IMG/VR virus record: IMGVR_UViG_3300045988_109391
DNA length: 64,000 bases
DNA from: a virus
Strand: one strand, 5' to 3'
Made by a program: the position numbers and the translations under genes. Shown here in pieces: positions 1 to 10,291 of the stretch. The notes under the pieces were generated by a model. It made no database searches and was not told the DNA's origin. It saw nothing but the letters and a program-made list of their open reading frames with translations. The number at the start of each line of letters is the position of its first letter. Within the stretch, counting starts at the first letter, position 1.

Positions 1-1
1 T

Positions 2-1027
2 TTTATATGTACTAGTGACCATAGATTAATGACACGAGATTTTAATTGGAAAGAAGCTAAAGATTTAGTATATAACGAATCTATGCTACCATTATATACT
101 AAATACCCGGGAGAAGGTAATCTTATTAATTATAGAATGTTTTATAATCCAATAGAAGATAAATGGCATTTTGAACATCGTTCTTTTGTTAATGAATTTA
201 CTGAACTAGCCAAAAATTCTAGCTATGTTGTTCACCATAAAAATTTTAATAAACAAGATAATACTCCTACTAATTTATTAGCTATGACTAGCTCAGAGCA
301 TACTTTTTTACATAATAATTTAACTAAAGATTATACTAAAGTTTCAAACTCAGTAAAGAACTATTGGAAATCAGTTGATAGAGATAGCGATAAATATAAA
401 GACAGAAATTTAAAGATTAGCTCTATTATGAAAAAAAGATTTAAAATTAATAGAGCTAAAAAAGAAGAAGCTAGGCAAAGAAGAATAGATAAAATAGAAA
501 AATATTTTAATATAGAATGGAATAAATTATCTTCTGCGGATAAAATTTCTTACTCTATAAAATATACTTATATATCTAATCCATATTTAAGAGAGACTCA
601 GAGACAGCATTCTAGAAATAATTACTTAAGCAAAAAAGATAGCTTTAATGCAAAGGGTAGATTATGGTATAACAATGGAATAAATAGCTTATATTTAAAA
701 TTAGATGATGAAATTCCAAAAGGTTATGTTAGAGGAAGATTAATTACTGACAAGATGAAATACGCAAATCATAATCGTAAAAATATAAAGCTTTCTTCTG
801 AGAGAATTGCTCAAATGTCAGTTGAGTCAAGTAGTCGTAAATGGTATAATGATGGAGAAAGAGAATATTTTTTAAGAGAAGAGCAAGTTTTATCTCACTA
901 TAAAAGAGGAAGAATAAATCATAAAGTAATTTCGGTAGAAAGAGTAAATGATACTTTAGATGTTTATGATTTAGAGATACAGGATAATCATAACTTTGCG
1001 TTAGCTGCTGGTATATTTGCTCATAAC
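2..1027 (+). mobile_element. Intein (3' part; window starts inside it) with embedded HNH homing-endonuclease domain
   Basis: Frame is open from the window edge. FICTSDHRLMT matches block B (TxxH). VVHHKNFNKQDNTPTNLLAMTSSEHTFLHNN is an HNH motif. VYDLEIQDNHNFALAAGIFAHN is followed by Ser+1 at 1028 (blocks F/G, terminal His-Asn). Confidence 0.8.
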
Positions 1028-1139
1028 TCAAAAGATACACGGAGATGCTGTAGCTGGGTCTGTAATGAATGCTATAGAAGACCCTAATAATATACTAGAG
1101 TCACAACAAGAGGAAGACTTAGATTTATTGTTTACGTAA
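2..1139 (+). CDS. Intein-interrupted gene, 3' end; host protein probably terminase large subunit. C-extein 1028-1139 is read with a +1 shift at CGG 1040
   Basis: It lies directly upstream of the portal-sized gene. The zero frame after CGG gives RRCCSWVCNECYRRP*. The +1 frame gives GDAVAGSVMNAIEDPNNILESQQEEDLDLLFT*, ending 2 nt before the promoter motif at 1141. The terminase identity is positional only. Confidence 0.45.
1040..1043 (+). other. In-frame CGG, inferred +1 recoding site (CGGA)
   Basis: Context is aca CGG aga. Skipping C gives SKDT-GDAVAGSVMNAIEDP..., an acidic, protein-like tail. The zero frame is a Cys/Arg-rich 15-aa stub. Confidence 0.7.
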
Positions 1140-1140
1140 T

Positions 1141-1157
1141 AATATATTATATTAAGA
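1141..1157 (+). promoter_or_regulatory. Phage-type (middle/late?) promoter motif AATATATTATATTAAGA
   Basis: Its first 14 nt are identical to copies at 13081, 21683 and 26894. It lies ~20 nt upstream of the RBS of the portal gene. Confidence 0.5.
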
Positions 1158-1178
1158 GATAGAGAAAGAGGTGACAAG

Positions 1179-3170
1179 ATGGCGCGTATTAGAAAAAATA
1201 AAAAGCCATTACCAGAAAATACTGCCAAAGTAGACGGAGGTTATATCTTAGAGGAATCTGACCAAACTGTTACTACGAATGGACACTTGGCTTATAATTT
1301 TTTATCGGGAATAAGAAGCATAGATGCTAACTATACAAACAATGATTTATTAATAGAAAAAATGTGCTCTGACTCAGTAATTAGTGCAGCATTAGACATA
1401 TGGACTGAGGATGCTCTTCAAAAAGACCCTTTGACAGGAGAAATATTTAATGTAGAAGTAGAGTCCGCAGATGATGATTTAGTAGCTAAGAAATTAGCTG
1501 AAGGATTAGCACAGAGATTAAATAAATTATTAAAAATAGACTTGAAAATGGAGAAATATTTAGCTAATTATACTAAAAGAATATTAAAGTACGGAAATTG
1601 TATGGTAAAACTAGATTTTGCTGATGCATTAGTAGATGAAAGATTAAAGTTGAAAGAAACTTCTGTAAATTCTAAAAATATATACACAAAAGTTGCTTTA
1701 AAGCTATGCAATATCTTAAATGAGTCTAATGACTCATCAAGTACAAGTAGCACAACAAGGTCTTTTGACCATCCGTTAAAAATGTTAAACGATGGCGCTT
1801 TAGCAGATGATTATAAAGTAGATTATGAATATATGTTAGAACATTGTACTATTGATGATATAGATGAAAGTACTAAAAAAGTTTTAACCGAGGAAATACT
1901 TTCTGGAGAAAAGAAAGAAAAAACTGTTAGAGGAAGATGGTATACTGAAGTTTTAGGGCATGGAACTAATATTTACGAACTATCTTCTAAGCAGATGATA
2001 ATAGCTTATATTGATAGAGATGCTCCGAATAAATTTATAAAACCAGCTAATATTATTAACTTTAGTAATAACACTGGTAAACACAGAGTATCTTTTGAAG
2101 TAGGAGATATATACGAAGATGCTAACCAAAAAGAGTACTACCAATTAGAAAGAGGAGAGTCTTTTATAGAAAATGCAATGGTAGCTTGGCAAGTACTTTC
2201 TGCATTAGAAGATATTTTATTGCTTACAAGAATGTCCCGTTCTATTTTGTATAGAATATTTTCTGTAGAAGTAGGAAACAAAGATAATAAAGAAACAGCA
2301 AGAATATTAGATAGATTAAAAAATAGACTAAAATTAGAAGAAACAGTAGATATAAGAAGTAAAATTTATTCTAGTACTTTAGCTCAAGTTCCATTAGCAG
2401 ATTCAGTGTTTATTCCAACGAGAAACGGGGTGGGAGTTACTGATGTTAAGACCGTTGGAGGAGATGTTAACTTAAGAGATGCAATAGATTTAGATTACTT
2501 TAGAGATAAATTACATTCAGCTCTTAGAATACCAGCTCCTTATTTATCTTACACTGAGAGTCTACCTGGAGGAATAGGAGATAGCTCATTAACTAGAATG
2601 GACATTAGATATTCTAGAACTATTGCAAGAATACAATCTATTTTAGCTGAAGGCTTAAAAGATATTTGTATTAGATATTTAGAGTTAACAATTGGAAAGA
2701 AAGCGTTTAATGAACTTCCTAGATTTAAAATAAAATTTACTAGCATAAATTCAGCTGAAGATGCTTCAAGAGCTGAGTTACAACAAACATTTATGAAAAC
2801 TTTAAGTGAATCTTTAGAAGGTCTTAAAGCTTTAGGAGTAGATATCGCTAGTAACCCAGAAGGTTATAAAAATACTAGAGAACAATTGTTGTCTCAATAC
2901 TTTGGAGCTATATTATTAGAAAAAATAAAGAAAGATGAAGAACTTATGAATGTTTCTTCTCCTCAAGAGATGGCTAAATCATCAGACTCTAGCGCAAACT
3001 TAGATTTTGGAGAAAATCCAGACTCTGGGGGAGTAGACATTAATATAGATAATTCTCAAGAAGAACCTTCTATTGAAGAACCAGCAGAGGAACCAGCAGA
3101 GGAACCAAGCATTGAACCTGCTGAAAATATAGGAGTTGAACCAGCAGAAACCACCAATGAATTATCATAA
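1179..3170 (+). CDS. Probable portal protein
   Basis: 663-aa ORF with an AGAGGTG RBS, immediately after the terminase-like gene. Size and position are typical of a portal. The C-terminus is acidic and Pro/Glu-rich with a repeat (EEPSIEEPAEEPAEEPSIEPAE). There is no motif-level proof. Confidence 0.5.
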   Translation: MARIRKNKKPLPENTAKVDGGYILEESDQTVTTNGHLAYNFLSGIRSIDANYTNNDLLIEKMCSDSVISAALDIWTEDALQKDPLTGEIFNVEVESADDDLVAKKLAEGLAQRLNKLLKIDLKMEKYLANYTKRILKYGNCMVKLDFADALVDERLKLKETSVNSKNIYTKVALKLCNILNESNDSSSTSSTTRSFDHPLKMLNDGALADDYKVDYEYMLEHCTIDDIDESTKKVLTEEILSGEKKEKTVRGRWYTEVLGHGTNIYELSSKQMIIAYIDRDAPNKFIKPANIINFSNNTGKHRVSFEVGDIYEDANQKEYYQLERGESFIENAMVAWQVLSALEDILLLTRMSRSILYRIFSVEVGNKDNKETARILDRLKNRLKLEETVDIRSKIYSSTLAQVPLADSVFIPTRNGVGVTDVKTVGGDVNLRDAIDLDYFRDKLHSALRIPAPYLSYTESLPGGIGDSSLTRMDIRYSRTIARIQSILAEGLKDICIRYLELTIGKKAFNELPRFKIKFTSINSAEDASRAELQQTFMKTLSESLEGLKALGVDIASNPEGYKNTREQLLSQYFGAILLEKIKKDEELMNVSSPQEMAKSSDSSANLDFGENPDSGGVDINIDNSQEEPSIEEPAEEPAEEPSIEPAENIGVEPAETTNELS

Positions 3171-3181
3171 GGAGTGATTTT

Positions 3182-3391
3182 ATGAAAATTCCAATAAGAC
3201 CTATAGAACAAGAATATGTAGAAGAATTATGCAGATTTTGTACTTATAATAAAATTTGTAGCCATAATTTATTTTATAAATTTATTCAACCAGAAGTCTC
3301 AGGTGGGATGCTATATGACTCCGTAAGTGTTCAATGCTTAAAATACAAATATATTAATTCAGAAAAAGAAGAGGAGGAAAATAAAGTATGA
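3182..3391 (+). CDS. Hypothetical small Cys-containing protein
   Basis: GGAG RBS; tightly packed, with a 4-nt overlap with the next ORF. Confidence 0.5.
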   Translation: MKIPIRPIEQEYVEELCRFCTYNKICSHNLFYKFIQPEVSGGMLYDSVSVQCLKYKYINSEKEEEENKV

Positions 3392-3654
3392 ATATTAGAG
3401 GAAGTATAATAAGAAATTTATTAGAGTCTGAAAATCTTAGCACTATAGAAGAATACAATAAAGAAATAGATGTATTGATAAAAGATGAGCAAGAAGCTAT
3501 AGAAGCATATAACAACTCATTGATTATTTTTGAAGAACTAGCTCCTGAAAAATACGCAAAAATATCAGACACTATATTTCATATAATAAATGAAGAAAAA
3601 GAACATATTAAAGAGCTTAATGAGTTAAGAAATATTATACAGGAGGAAAATTAA
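3388..3654 (+). CDS. Hypothetical helical protein (DEQEAIEAY ... EEKEHIKEL, ferritin-like ExxH pattern, tentative)
   Basis: GAGGAGG RBS; start and stop overlap the neighbouring genes. Confidence 0.5.
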   Translation: MNIRGSIIRNLLESENLSTIEEYNKEIDVLIKDEQEAIEAYNNSLIIFEELAPEKYAKISDTIFHIINEEKEHIKELNELRNIIQEEN

Positions 3655-4482
3655 TGAGATTAGTAGAAGAAAGACTATTTAACCTTTTAAATCGCACTGA
3701 AAAAACAACTCCAAAGCTTGCGTCTAGAGCTGATTTCATTCACCCAGTTTACATAGGATTAGATAAGAAAGGAATATTCCACTTTAAAACTAATAGCCAA
3801 ACAAACCCAGGAAACAACTGGTATCAAACTATAGAAATAAAAAACTTACAGGCATTAGCTAATTCTGTAGATGAAGTCACTCCAGAAATTGTAGAACAGT
3901 GGTTTAATACTACAGATGTAAATGTATTTTGCACTGACTACAGCTGGCTTTATTGGGCTTTACAATATATGCGGAACTCAAAGAGACTATAACGACCCAA
4001 AACAGCCAGAAAATAGAGCTCCTCAAAGAAACAATACAAAATTAAAAGGAGCTTTATGTAAACATCTAACTGCTATAGCTGAAGCTATTGAGTCAGGAGA
4101 GTACTATGAACAAATGGCAAAAGATATTACAAACTGGAGAAGTTATATTTCTGGGCAAGCTTATAAATCATTTAGTAAAGGTAGATTAATGGGTCAAGCC
4201 AGAAAAAGAGAGAAAGAAATTGATTGGAGAAAACTAGATAGTTTTATGAATAGAGCTCTTTGGGCAAAACATGGTATAGCTAAATTCTTAAATCAATACA
4301 ACATAAAGAAAAGTGTTGAAGATGAAGTAGAAAGAATAAGAGCTACTGGAGAAGACCCTACTATAGATGAATTTTTAGACGATGCATTTTCAATGACTAC
4401 TACTGAATTAGCACAAGCTGCTGGAGTAGATGAAAAAGCAATAGATGATTATTTTAGACAAAATTTTGGATTTACTGATTAG
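3654..4482 (+). CDS. Hypothetical protein with SWIM-like C...CKH motif; single gene read with a +1 shift at CGG 3972
   Basis: ORFs 3654-3992 and 3922-4482 join as ...VFCTDYSWLYWALQYM-GTQRDYNDPKQPENRAPQRNNTKLKGALCKHLTAIAEAI. Confidence 0.6.
3972..3975 (+). other. In-frame CGG, inferred +1 recoding site (CGGA)
   Basis: Context is atg CGG aac. The zero frame stops 6 codons later. The +1 frame stays open for 170 codons. Confidence 0.7.
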
Positions 4483-4499
4483 CGAAAGGAGAATGTAGA

Positions 4500-5360
4500 A
4501 TGCCATTATTTGGAAAGAAAAGAGATAGTAAATTAATAGTTAACTACATGAAGATAATAGAACAATCACTTATTCCAATGATAAACGAAAAGTTAGATTT
4601 ATCAATAAATAACTACCCTACGTATGAAAAACAATATAGTGCTTCATATGAAGATACTGCAAATAATATTTTAATAGAATTTTCTTCTGGAAACATACAT
4701 GTAGAAAATGAAGGCGATTTATTTGTATCAGCTTCTTATAATTCAAGGCTTCAGCCAGTCGGATTATTTAATGTTAACAACGCATCAGAATTAAGAAGTT
4801 TACCAGATATTTTATTAGAGTCTTTGCATGAGCTAGATTTTGAGACCAAAGCTGATAAAGAAGAAAAAGAAAGACAAGCTAAACAAGCAGAGATAGACAA
4901 GAAGGCTAAAGAATTAGCAGCTGCTGAAGCTAAAAAACAAGCAGAATTAATTAAAAAAGATGAAGAAAAGCCAGAAGTAGAAGAACCTGAAGATGAAGAG
5001 ACAGTGACTGAAGAAGAAATTACTAATTCTCACAGTTTAATTTTAAGAGCTTTAAATTTTATCGGAAAAATGCCTGGCGATAATCAAACTTCAGAGATAA
5101 ATTGGTTTGTTCTTAGAGATGGAACTAAAGGAATTAACATTGGAATGAATTTAACTAAAATATCTGGAAATAATTTTTATATAGAAACTTATAATATTAG
5201 ACCAGAGGCTAAAACAGTTATGAATGCAGAGAAAGTAGCTGACTATGCTGATAAAGTATCTAGGAAAGTAGAAAGTACTCCAAATGTAGAAATTAAAGAC
5301 GCTAAAGGAGAACACCTAGATATTCCAGATGAAGAAGAAAGCGATTATATTGAAATATAA
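4500..5360 (+). CDS. Hypothetical protein with central Lys/Glu-rich coiled-coil and acidic stretch
   Basis: AAGGAG RBS; 286-aa ORF. Confidence 0.6.
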   Translation: MPLFGKKRDSKLIVNYMKIIEQSLIPMINEKLDLSINNYPTYEKQYSASYEDTANNILIEFSSGNIHVENEGDLFVSASYNSRLQPVGLFNVNNASELRSLPDILLESLHELDFETKADKEEKERQAKQAEIDKKAKELAAAEAKKQAELIKKDEEKPEVEEPEDEETVTEEEITNSHSLILRALNFIGKMPGDNQTSEINWFVLRDGTKGINIGMNLTKISGNNFYIETYNIRPEAKTVMNAEKVADYADKVSRKVESTPNVEIKDAKGEHLDIPDEEESDYIEI

Positions 5361-5383
5361 AGATATATTAACTAAAAATAAAA

Positions 5384-5399
5384 ATGACTCTAAAGTCAT
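5384..5399. repeat. Intergenic repeat, palindromic core variant ATGACTCTAAAGTCAT
   Basis: Member of the family listed at 12979, 22779, 30679, 36961 and 56325. It lies just after a stop codon. Confidence 0.5.
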
Positions 5400-5424
5400 C
5401 CTCGTTAATTAGAAGGGAGGAAAA

Positions 5425-6399
5425 ATGATTACAATTAATGATATTCAAAAAGTATCTGGTTTTAGAGACCAGAAAGATAGATTATTTCCAGAGTTTAGAA
5501 GACAAGTGTATGAATATTTAAAATATCACTTGAGTAATGTAATGACCGATGCTGATTTAGATATTATAGTAAAGCTTATTACTGAAATTTTTGGAGATTT
5601 ATTTATGAGAACTGGACTATTGCCTTGGCAAATAGACACTCATAAATGTCCAGATGAGTATTTAAAAGACTTAGGTTCTTTGATTGGTTATAGATGGAAT
5701 GATAGTCTAACTTATGAGCAGCAAAGAGTTGGAATAGATATGTACTGCTTGATTAGAAGAAATAGAGGAACTAAATTTGGTTTAGAAAACTTAATAAGAA
5801 GTTTTGGGCAAACGCTTAAGCAATTTTATTCTAACGCAGATTTAAGAGGAGTAGAAATAATAGAATATGGTTCTGGAGGGGCTGATACTATAGAACCAAA
5901 TATGTTTCCCGGAGATATTGTAGTAAGAATACCAGAAATGTCTACTATTCTTAGAGACTCTATATTTGATACCAAATTAGCTGGTACTAGATTATTTTTC
6001 CAATATTATATTTTCGTTGGAATATTCCATATGGGAATGAAAGCAGATGATGCTTTATTGATTAAAATATCTCCATATACGATAATACAAGGGTTTGACC
6101 CAAATATAGATGAAATAGGACCATTTGGACCCACTACGAAGCTTGGACAAATATTAGAATTTCAACTTACGCACGCAATAAGAGGAAATTACGCTAATGA
6201 AGTAAGAGAAATGGGACACATACCAACTTCATTGAATGAGAGGCATCATGGAAATCTAGTAGCTGGAATGCAAGTTTTAACATATTATAAGACACCTTGG
6301 ATTTCTGGATTTATCTTTAATACTCCTGGATTAACAAATTATAGAGGGTTTGTTCAACCTGAAGAAACTATACGTCCAGATGAAATTCTATATAGATAA
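5425..6399 (+). CDS. Tail/baseplate protein, P2 gpI-like (tentative)
   Basis: GGGAGG RBS. The segment WQIDTHKCPDEYLKDLGSLIGYRWNDSLTYEQQRVGIDMYCLIRRNRGTKFGLENLIR resembles the conserved core of P2 gpI-type baseplate proteins. This is from memory of the family and was not searched. Confidence 0.35.
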   Translation: MITINDIQKVSGFRDQKDRLFPEFRRQVYEYLKYHLSNVMTDADLDIIVKLITEIFGDLFMRTGLLPWQIDTHKCPDEYLKDLGSLIGYRWNDSLTYEQQRVGIDMYCLIRRNRGTKFGLENLIRSFGQTLKQFYSNADLRGVEIIEYGSGGADTIEPNMFPGDIVVRIPEMSTILRDSIFDTKLAGTRLFFQYYIFVGIFHMGMKADDALLIKISPYTIIQGFDPNIDEIGPFGPTTKLGQILEFQLTHAIRGNYANEVREMGHIPTSLNERHHGNLVAGMQVLTYYKTPWISGFIFNTPGLTNYRGFVQPEETIRPDEILYR

Positions 6400-6410
6400 T
6401 AATTTAATAA

Positions 6411-6439
6411 GAGTAGCTGTTTATGCTACTCTTTTTTTT
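6411..6439 (+). terminator. Rho-independent terminator
   Basis: Stem GAGTAGC / GCTACTC with a 7-nt loop, followed by T8. Confidence 0.75.
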
Positions 6440-6478
6440 GCATAATATTATTATAAGATTTTATGAAAGGAGAATCGT

Positions 6479-6652
6479 ATGAGTAAAGAAAGATTTTCTT
6501 ACGAAAATGTAGAAGTTAAAACCGATTGCTTTGCATATAATTCTAAGAGCAACAATTGTAAATGTTTAACAGATTTATATTGTAAAAGAGAATTATGCTC
6601 TTTTTATAAGTCTAAAGAAACATATAAAGATAATTTAGATGGTATTTATTAG
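6479..6652 (+). CDS. Hypothetical small Cys-rich protein (57 aa, below ORF-track cutoff)
   Basis: AAGGAG RBS 7 nt upstream of the ATG. It fills the gap between 6399 and 6656. Confidence 0.5.
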   Translation: MSKERFSYENVEVKTDCFAYNSKSNNCKCLTDLYCKRELCSFYKSKETYKDNLDGIY

Positions 6653-6667
6653 GAGGTGAAAAATAGA

Positions 6668-7108
6668 ATGGAACCAAATGAACAAGATTTACAAAACAAT
6701 AATGTAGAGGAAGTAAATGAAATAAATATTACTTCAAAAGATATGCTAGATGCATATACTAAGCTAGACCTAGATGCTAAAAAAGTAGAAGTTGAAATAG
6801 CTGAGTTTAAAGAAGCTCATAAAGAAGTATTTAATGCTTTAAAAGTATTTGAAAATAAATTACAAGAGATTGCTGGTTTTCAACAAAATATTCAAAGTAA
6901 TTTATTAACTTATATGAGAGAACATAATACTGAAGAAGATAGTAATGATATTTTTAGAGTTAAGTATACTCCTTCATATACTAAAAAGAATTTTGACACA
7001 AAGAAATTTTATGAAGACTATGCACCAGAGTCAGCTATGTATAAGAAATATGTTGGTATTACAACAGTAAAAGACAGTGTTAAAATAAGTGAGGTTAAGA
7101 AAAAATAA
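6668..7108 (+). CDS. Hypothetical coiled-coil protein
   Basis: AGGAGG RBS at 6651-6656, so the ATG at 6668 is preferred over the track start at 6656. Confidence 0.6.
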   Translation: MEPNEQDLQNNNVEEVNEINITSKDMLDAYTKLDLDAKKVEVEIAEFKEAHKEVFNALKVFENKLQEIAGFQQNIQSNLLTYMREHNTEEDSNDIFRVKYTPSYTKKNFDTKKFYEDYAPESAMYKKYVGITTVKDSVKISEVKKK

Positions 7109-7347
7109 TGTTATATAATATTTTACTTTGGATAGTCTCTATATATTCTGCAGGAGTATTTGCAGATTTTATATATAACTTTATATTAGCAAAAGACAAC
7201 CTAGATAAGACAGTAGATATTTGTTCTAGTAGAGAAGACTTTTTAGGTTATTCTGCAAATGACTTATATATAATTGCATTACTAGGTTGTTTTGTTTGGC
7301 CTTATTCTTTTTATTTAAGACTAAGGTATTATATGAGAGGTGAGTAA
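7108..7347 (+). CDS. Small membrane protein (2 predicted TM helices)
   Basis: Hydrophobic segments LLWIVSIYSAGVFADFIY and IIALLGCFVWPYSFY. Confidence 0.55.
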   Translation: MLYNILLWIVSIYSAGVFADFIYNFILAKDNLDKTVDICSSREDFLGYSANDLYIIALLGCFVWPYSFYLRLRYYMRGE

Positions 7348-7349
7348 TA

Positions 7350-7652
7350 GTGTCAAGCAAGTTTAGATTAATTAGTGAGAAGAATAATTTTATTTTATTT
7401 GATAAATATATTGTAGGATTTAATATTCTTCAAGCAGGACCATTTTTTAGTGTAGTTGCACATTTAGATAATAGAGTATCTTATGTATTTAATAAATTAG
7501 GAGATGGAGTATCTTTAGCTATGTTTGATACTGAGTCTAAAGCTCAGTGTTTTATGGCTAGATTAAATGAAAAAACTTCTGACAATACTTGCTCTATTAT
7601 GTCAGTATATTTAGATGAAGAGGAGGACTATATAGATGAAAATTTTAAGTAG
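7350..7652 (+). CDS. Hypothetical protein
   Basis: GAGAGGTGAG RBS with a GTG start; overlaps the next gene by 17 nt. Confidence 0.5.
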   Translation: MSSKFRLISEKNNFILFDKYIVGFNILQAGPFFSVVAHLDNRVSYVFNKLGDGVSLAMFDTESKAQCFMARLNEKTSDNTCSIMSVYLDEEEDYIDENFK

Positions 7653-9007
7653 TCGTGAACCAATTGACGTATTTTTAGATGCTAGCTCAATACTAAATAA
7701 AGCAGTAGAACATACTTTAGGACCAGAAGGCTCTAATACAGCAGTGCACACTCAAAATTTTTATAGCATTATAAATGACGGTAAAAGTATAATAGAGCCA
7801 CTTTCTAGCTTAGATGCTGAAATAGCTCCAGCTTTAGAGACACTGAAGCAAGCATCTTTTGAAACAAATAGAAAAGCCGGAGATGGTACTACTAGCACTA
7901 TAGTTTTAATGAACCAATTATTAAAGGGAGTAAAAGACGAACTTAGTGTAGCTACTCCAGTAGATATAGCTAATAAACTTTTACAAGTAGAAGAAAAATT
8001 ACAAGAATTAATTAGAGATAACAAAATTACGATAGATAATAGATTATATGAAAATATAACTAAAGTGTCTTTACGGGTCATCTCGTTATTCTAGGCTAAT
8101 AGCAGATGCCTTTGAGTTTTTAGATGGAAAGGGTATTCCAGCTTTAGTAAAATCTGATATTCCTTCAGTAGAAGTAGAATATTTAGATGGAGCTAATTTA
8201 ACTAAAACCTCATTAATAAGTTCTATGATTTTAGAGATGCTTCCATCAAAAGAATTATTTAATGTAAATGTAGTAACTTTATTCCAACCAATAGATAGAT
8301 TTGAGGAAATATTACAGCTTACTAAACTTTTAAACAAAAGTGAAAATTATACTATATTATTATATAACGAAATTAGTAATAATACTTTAGAGAACTTGTT
8401 ATTTGCTTTATCACAAGATAAAAGTAAAATAATTCCAGTATCTTTACATAACTATGGAAACAACATGACTAATATAATGGATGAAATAGCTATTTACACA
8501 GGAGCTGGAATTATAGACGGAACTAAATGTAAGTCTACTGATATTAGTTCTATAAAAGTTGGAACTGCAGACTCAGCAGTCTTATCATTGACTTCATTAA
8601 TGCTTAAGAAAGAAATTTCTGAAGAATATGATTATAAATATATTTCTCGAAAAGCTTGTATTATAAAAGTTGGAGGAGCAAATAAAGTAACTTTAGAAGA
8701 TAATTATAAAAGAATAGAAGATGCTGTATATTCAGTAGCAGGTGCAATTGAGCATGGAGTAATGAGCGGAGGCTATGGTTTTCCATATGCATATTTAGGA
8801 GCTAAAATAGATGATGTTGGAACTCCGGCTTACATAATTTATGCTTTAACTTATATTAACAAAGTAATTTTTGATGGCAAAAAATCTGACGACTCTTTAG
8901 ACTCAGCTTTAGTTATATCAGAGGTAATAAAGAACGCATTTACTATGGCTGCTCAAGTTGCTACAACTAATGCCATTGTATACGACTCTATACATTATAA
9001 CACTTAG
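7636..9007 (+). CDS. GroEL/Cpn60-like chaperonin, read with a +1 shift at CGG 8074
   Basis: LGPEGSNTAV matches GPKGRNV and AGDGTTSTIVL matches AGDGTTTATVL. The junction ITKVSL-GSSRYSRLIADAFEFLDGKGIPALV parallels GroEL ..iSan.d..iG.lIaeAm.kVgkeGvItv. Confidence 0.75.
8074..8077 (+). other. In-frame CGG, inferred +1 recoding site (CGGG)
   Basis: Context is tta CGG gtc. The zero frame stops 6 codons later. The +1 frame carries the remaining ~310 aa of the chaperonin. Confidence 0.85.
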
Positions 9008-9194
9008 TTTACAGTAATTTTATTATGGTAAACTAATTTAATCTAATATTAGAGAGCGAATCACTTGATTGATTTTGCTCTTTTATTTTGCATAGCTAGT
9101 TTACATAATTAGTTACCAAAAATTTTTTTAAAATTTTTTTAGTTTAGAGATTAAATCATTTGACAAATTTTTACAAAAATTATTGGATTTTACC

Positions 9195-9226
9195 TATTTA
9201 CAAACTGAAAATTATGGTATATAAAA
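9195..9226 (+). promoter_or_regulatory. Early (host sigma-A-like) promoter, family CTATTTACAAAcTgAAAATAATgGTATAAT
   Basis: The sequence is cctaTTTACAaactgaaaattatggTATATAAAa, one of six near-identical copies. It lies in a 300-nt intergenic region. Confidence 0.65.
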
Positions 9227-9313
9227 TTATCAGAAAGGAGGAAAAAGTTTAAAAAATAGCTAAAATTTAAGCTAATATTTTTATAAAAAATTATCAATAA
9301 AGGAGAAAGAAAA

Positions 9314-10291
9314 ATGAGAAATTTTGAAGAAAGTTTAAAAAATAATGAGAAAGTTATAATGCTAAACGAAGAGGAAGTAAAAAATAACAATGAGGAGACA
9401 AATGCTTATGCAGCTTGGTTGAATAATTTAGCTAATGGAAGAAAGATGCTAGATGAACTTGAACTTGGAGAAATATATGAAATAATTTTAAAAGTAGCAA
9501 AGATTTCTTTTGCTAGAACAAACAAATACATAGAATATACATATGAGGACTCAGCTAATATAATTTTTAAAGACTTTTTAGCTAGAGATTATTGTAAAAA
9601 ATATAGTTGTTCTACACAAATATCTGAAGAGTACCCTTATTTAGATACAGCATGTTCACCTTATGCATACAAATGGGTACATAGAGAAGAGCAAAAAGGA
9701 TTTAATAGAATGTTTAGTCAATCAATGACTATAAAACATTTTAGTAATTTAATGTTTACTGAATTTAGACATCATTTTGCTTATAATCTAAGAAATAATA
9801 AATTTAAACAAAGAGTTAACAATACTATATCAATAGATAGAGACTCTGAAGAAGATACTTTACTTACTATAGAAAAAATAGAAGACCCAAATACTAGAAC
9901 TCAGCTTAGTCAAGTTGAAGATAGTGTAGATTTAGACATAGTTTGTAATTTAACTAATAATTCAGACATAATATTTTCAGAGTATCAAATAGCACTTGGA
10001 GAAGATAAATTAGACTTAACTATTAATAATTTAATGAGATTATATGCATCTTTAGCAGATGGAAAGAAATTAACTACTTCTGACATTAACGAGCATATTA
10101 TAATTAAAGATGGAGTAGAAATTAAGCCTATAGTAACTAGCAACAGAATAATATCTTCAGAAGAAGTAAAGTATAAAAATGTATACCAAGCTACTTTAGC
10201 AATGAAAAAATATTTATTAGAAAATGGCATAGTATCTACTTCTAAAAGAATAGAAAATGGAAAGGAGAAAACACATTATGCATTTGCTTAA
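9314..10291 (+). CDS. Hypothetical early protein (325 aa)
   Basis: AAGGAG RBS; first gene after the early promoter. Confidence 0.6.
   Translation: MRNFEESLKNNEKVIMLNEEEVKNNNEETNAYAAWLNNLANGRKMLDELELGEIYEIILKVAKISFARTNKYIEYTYEDSANIIFKDFLARDYCKKYSCSTQISEEYPYLDTACSPYAYKWVHREEQKGFNRMFSQSMTIKHFSNLMFTEFRHHFAYNLRNNKFKQRVNNTISIDRDSEEDTLLTIEKIEDPNTRTQLSQVEDSVDLDIVCNLTNNSDIIFSEYQIALGEDKLDLTINNLMRLYASLADGKKLTTSDINEHIIIKDGVEIKPIVTSNRIISSEEVKYKNVYQATLAMKKYLLENGIVSTSKRIENGKEKTHYAFA

Noticed and set aside
5425-6399. Calling 5425-6399 or 61088-62557 the major capsid protein.
   Set aside because: I recognised no HK97-fold signature from sequence alone. The major capsid gene is probably outside this window or not identifiable by eye.
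9051-9090. A terminator hairpin after the chaperonin gene (agagcgaatc...gattttgctc followed by a T-run).
   Set aside because: The stem is imperfect and short. It is plausible but not well enough supported to list as a feature.
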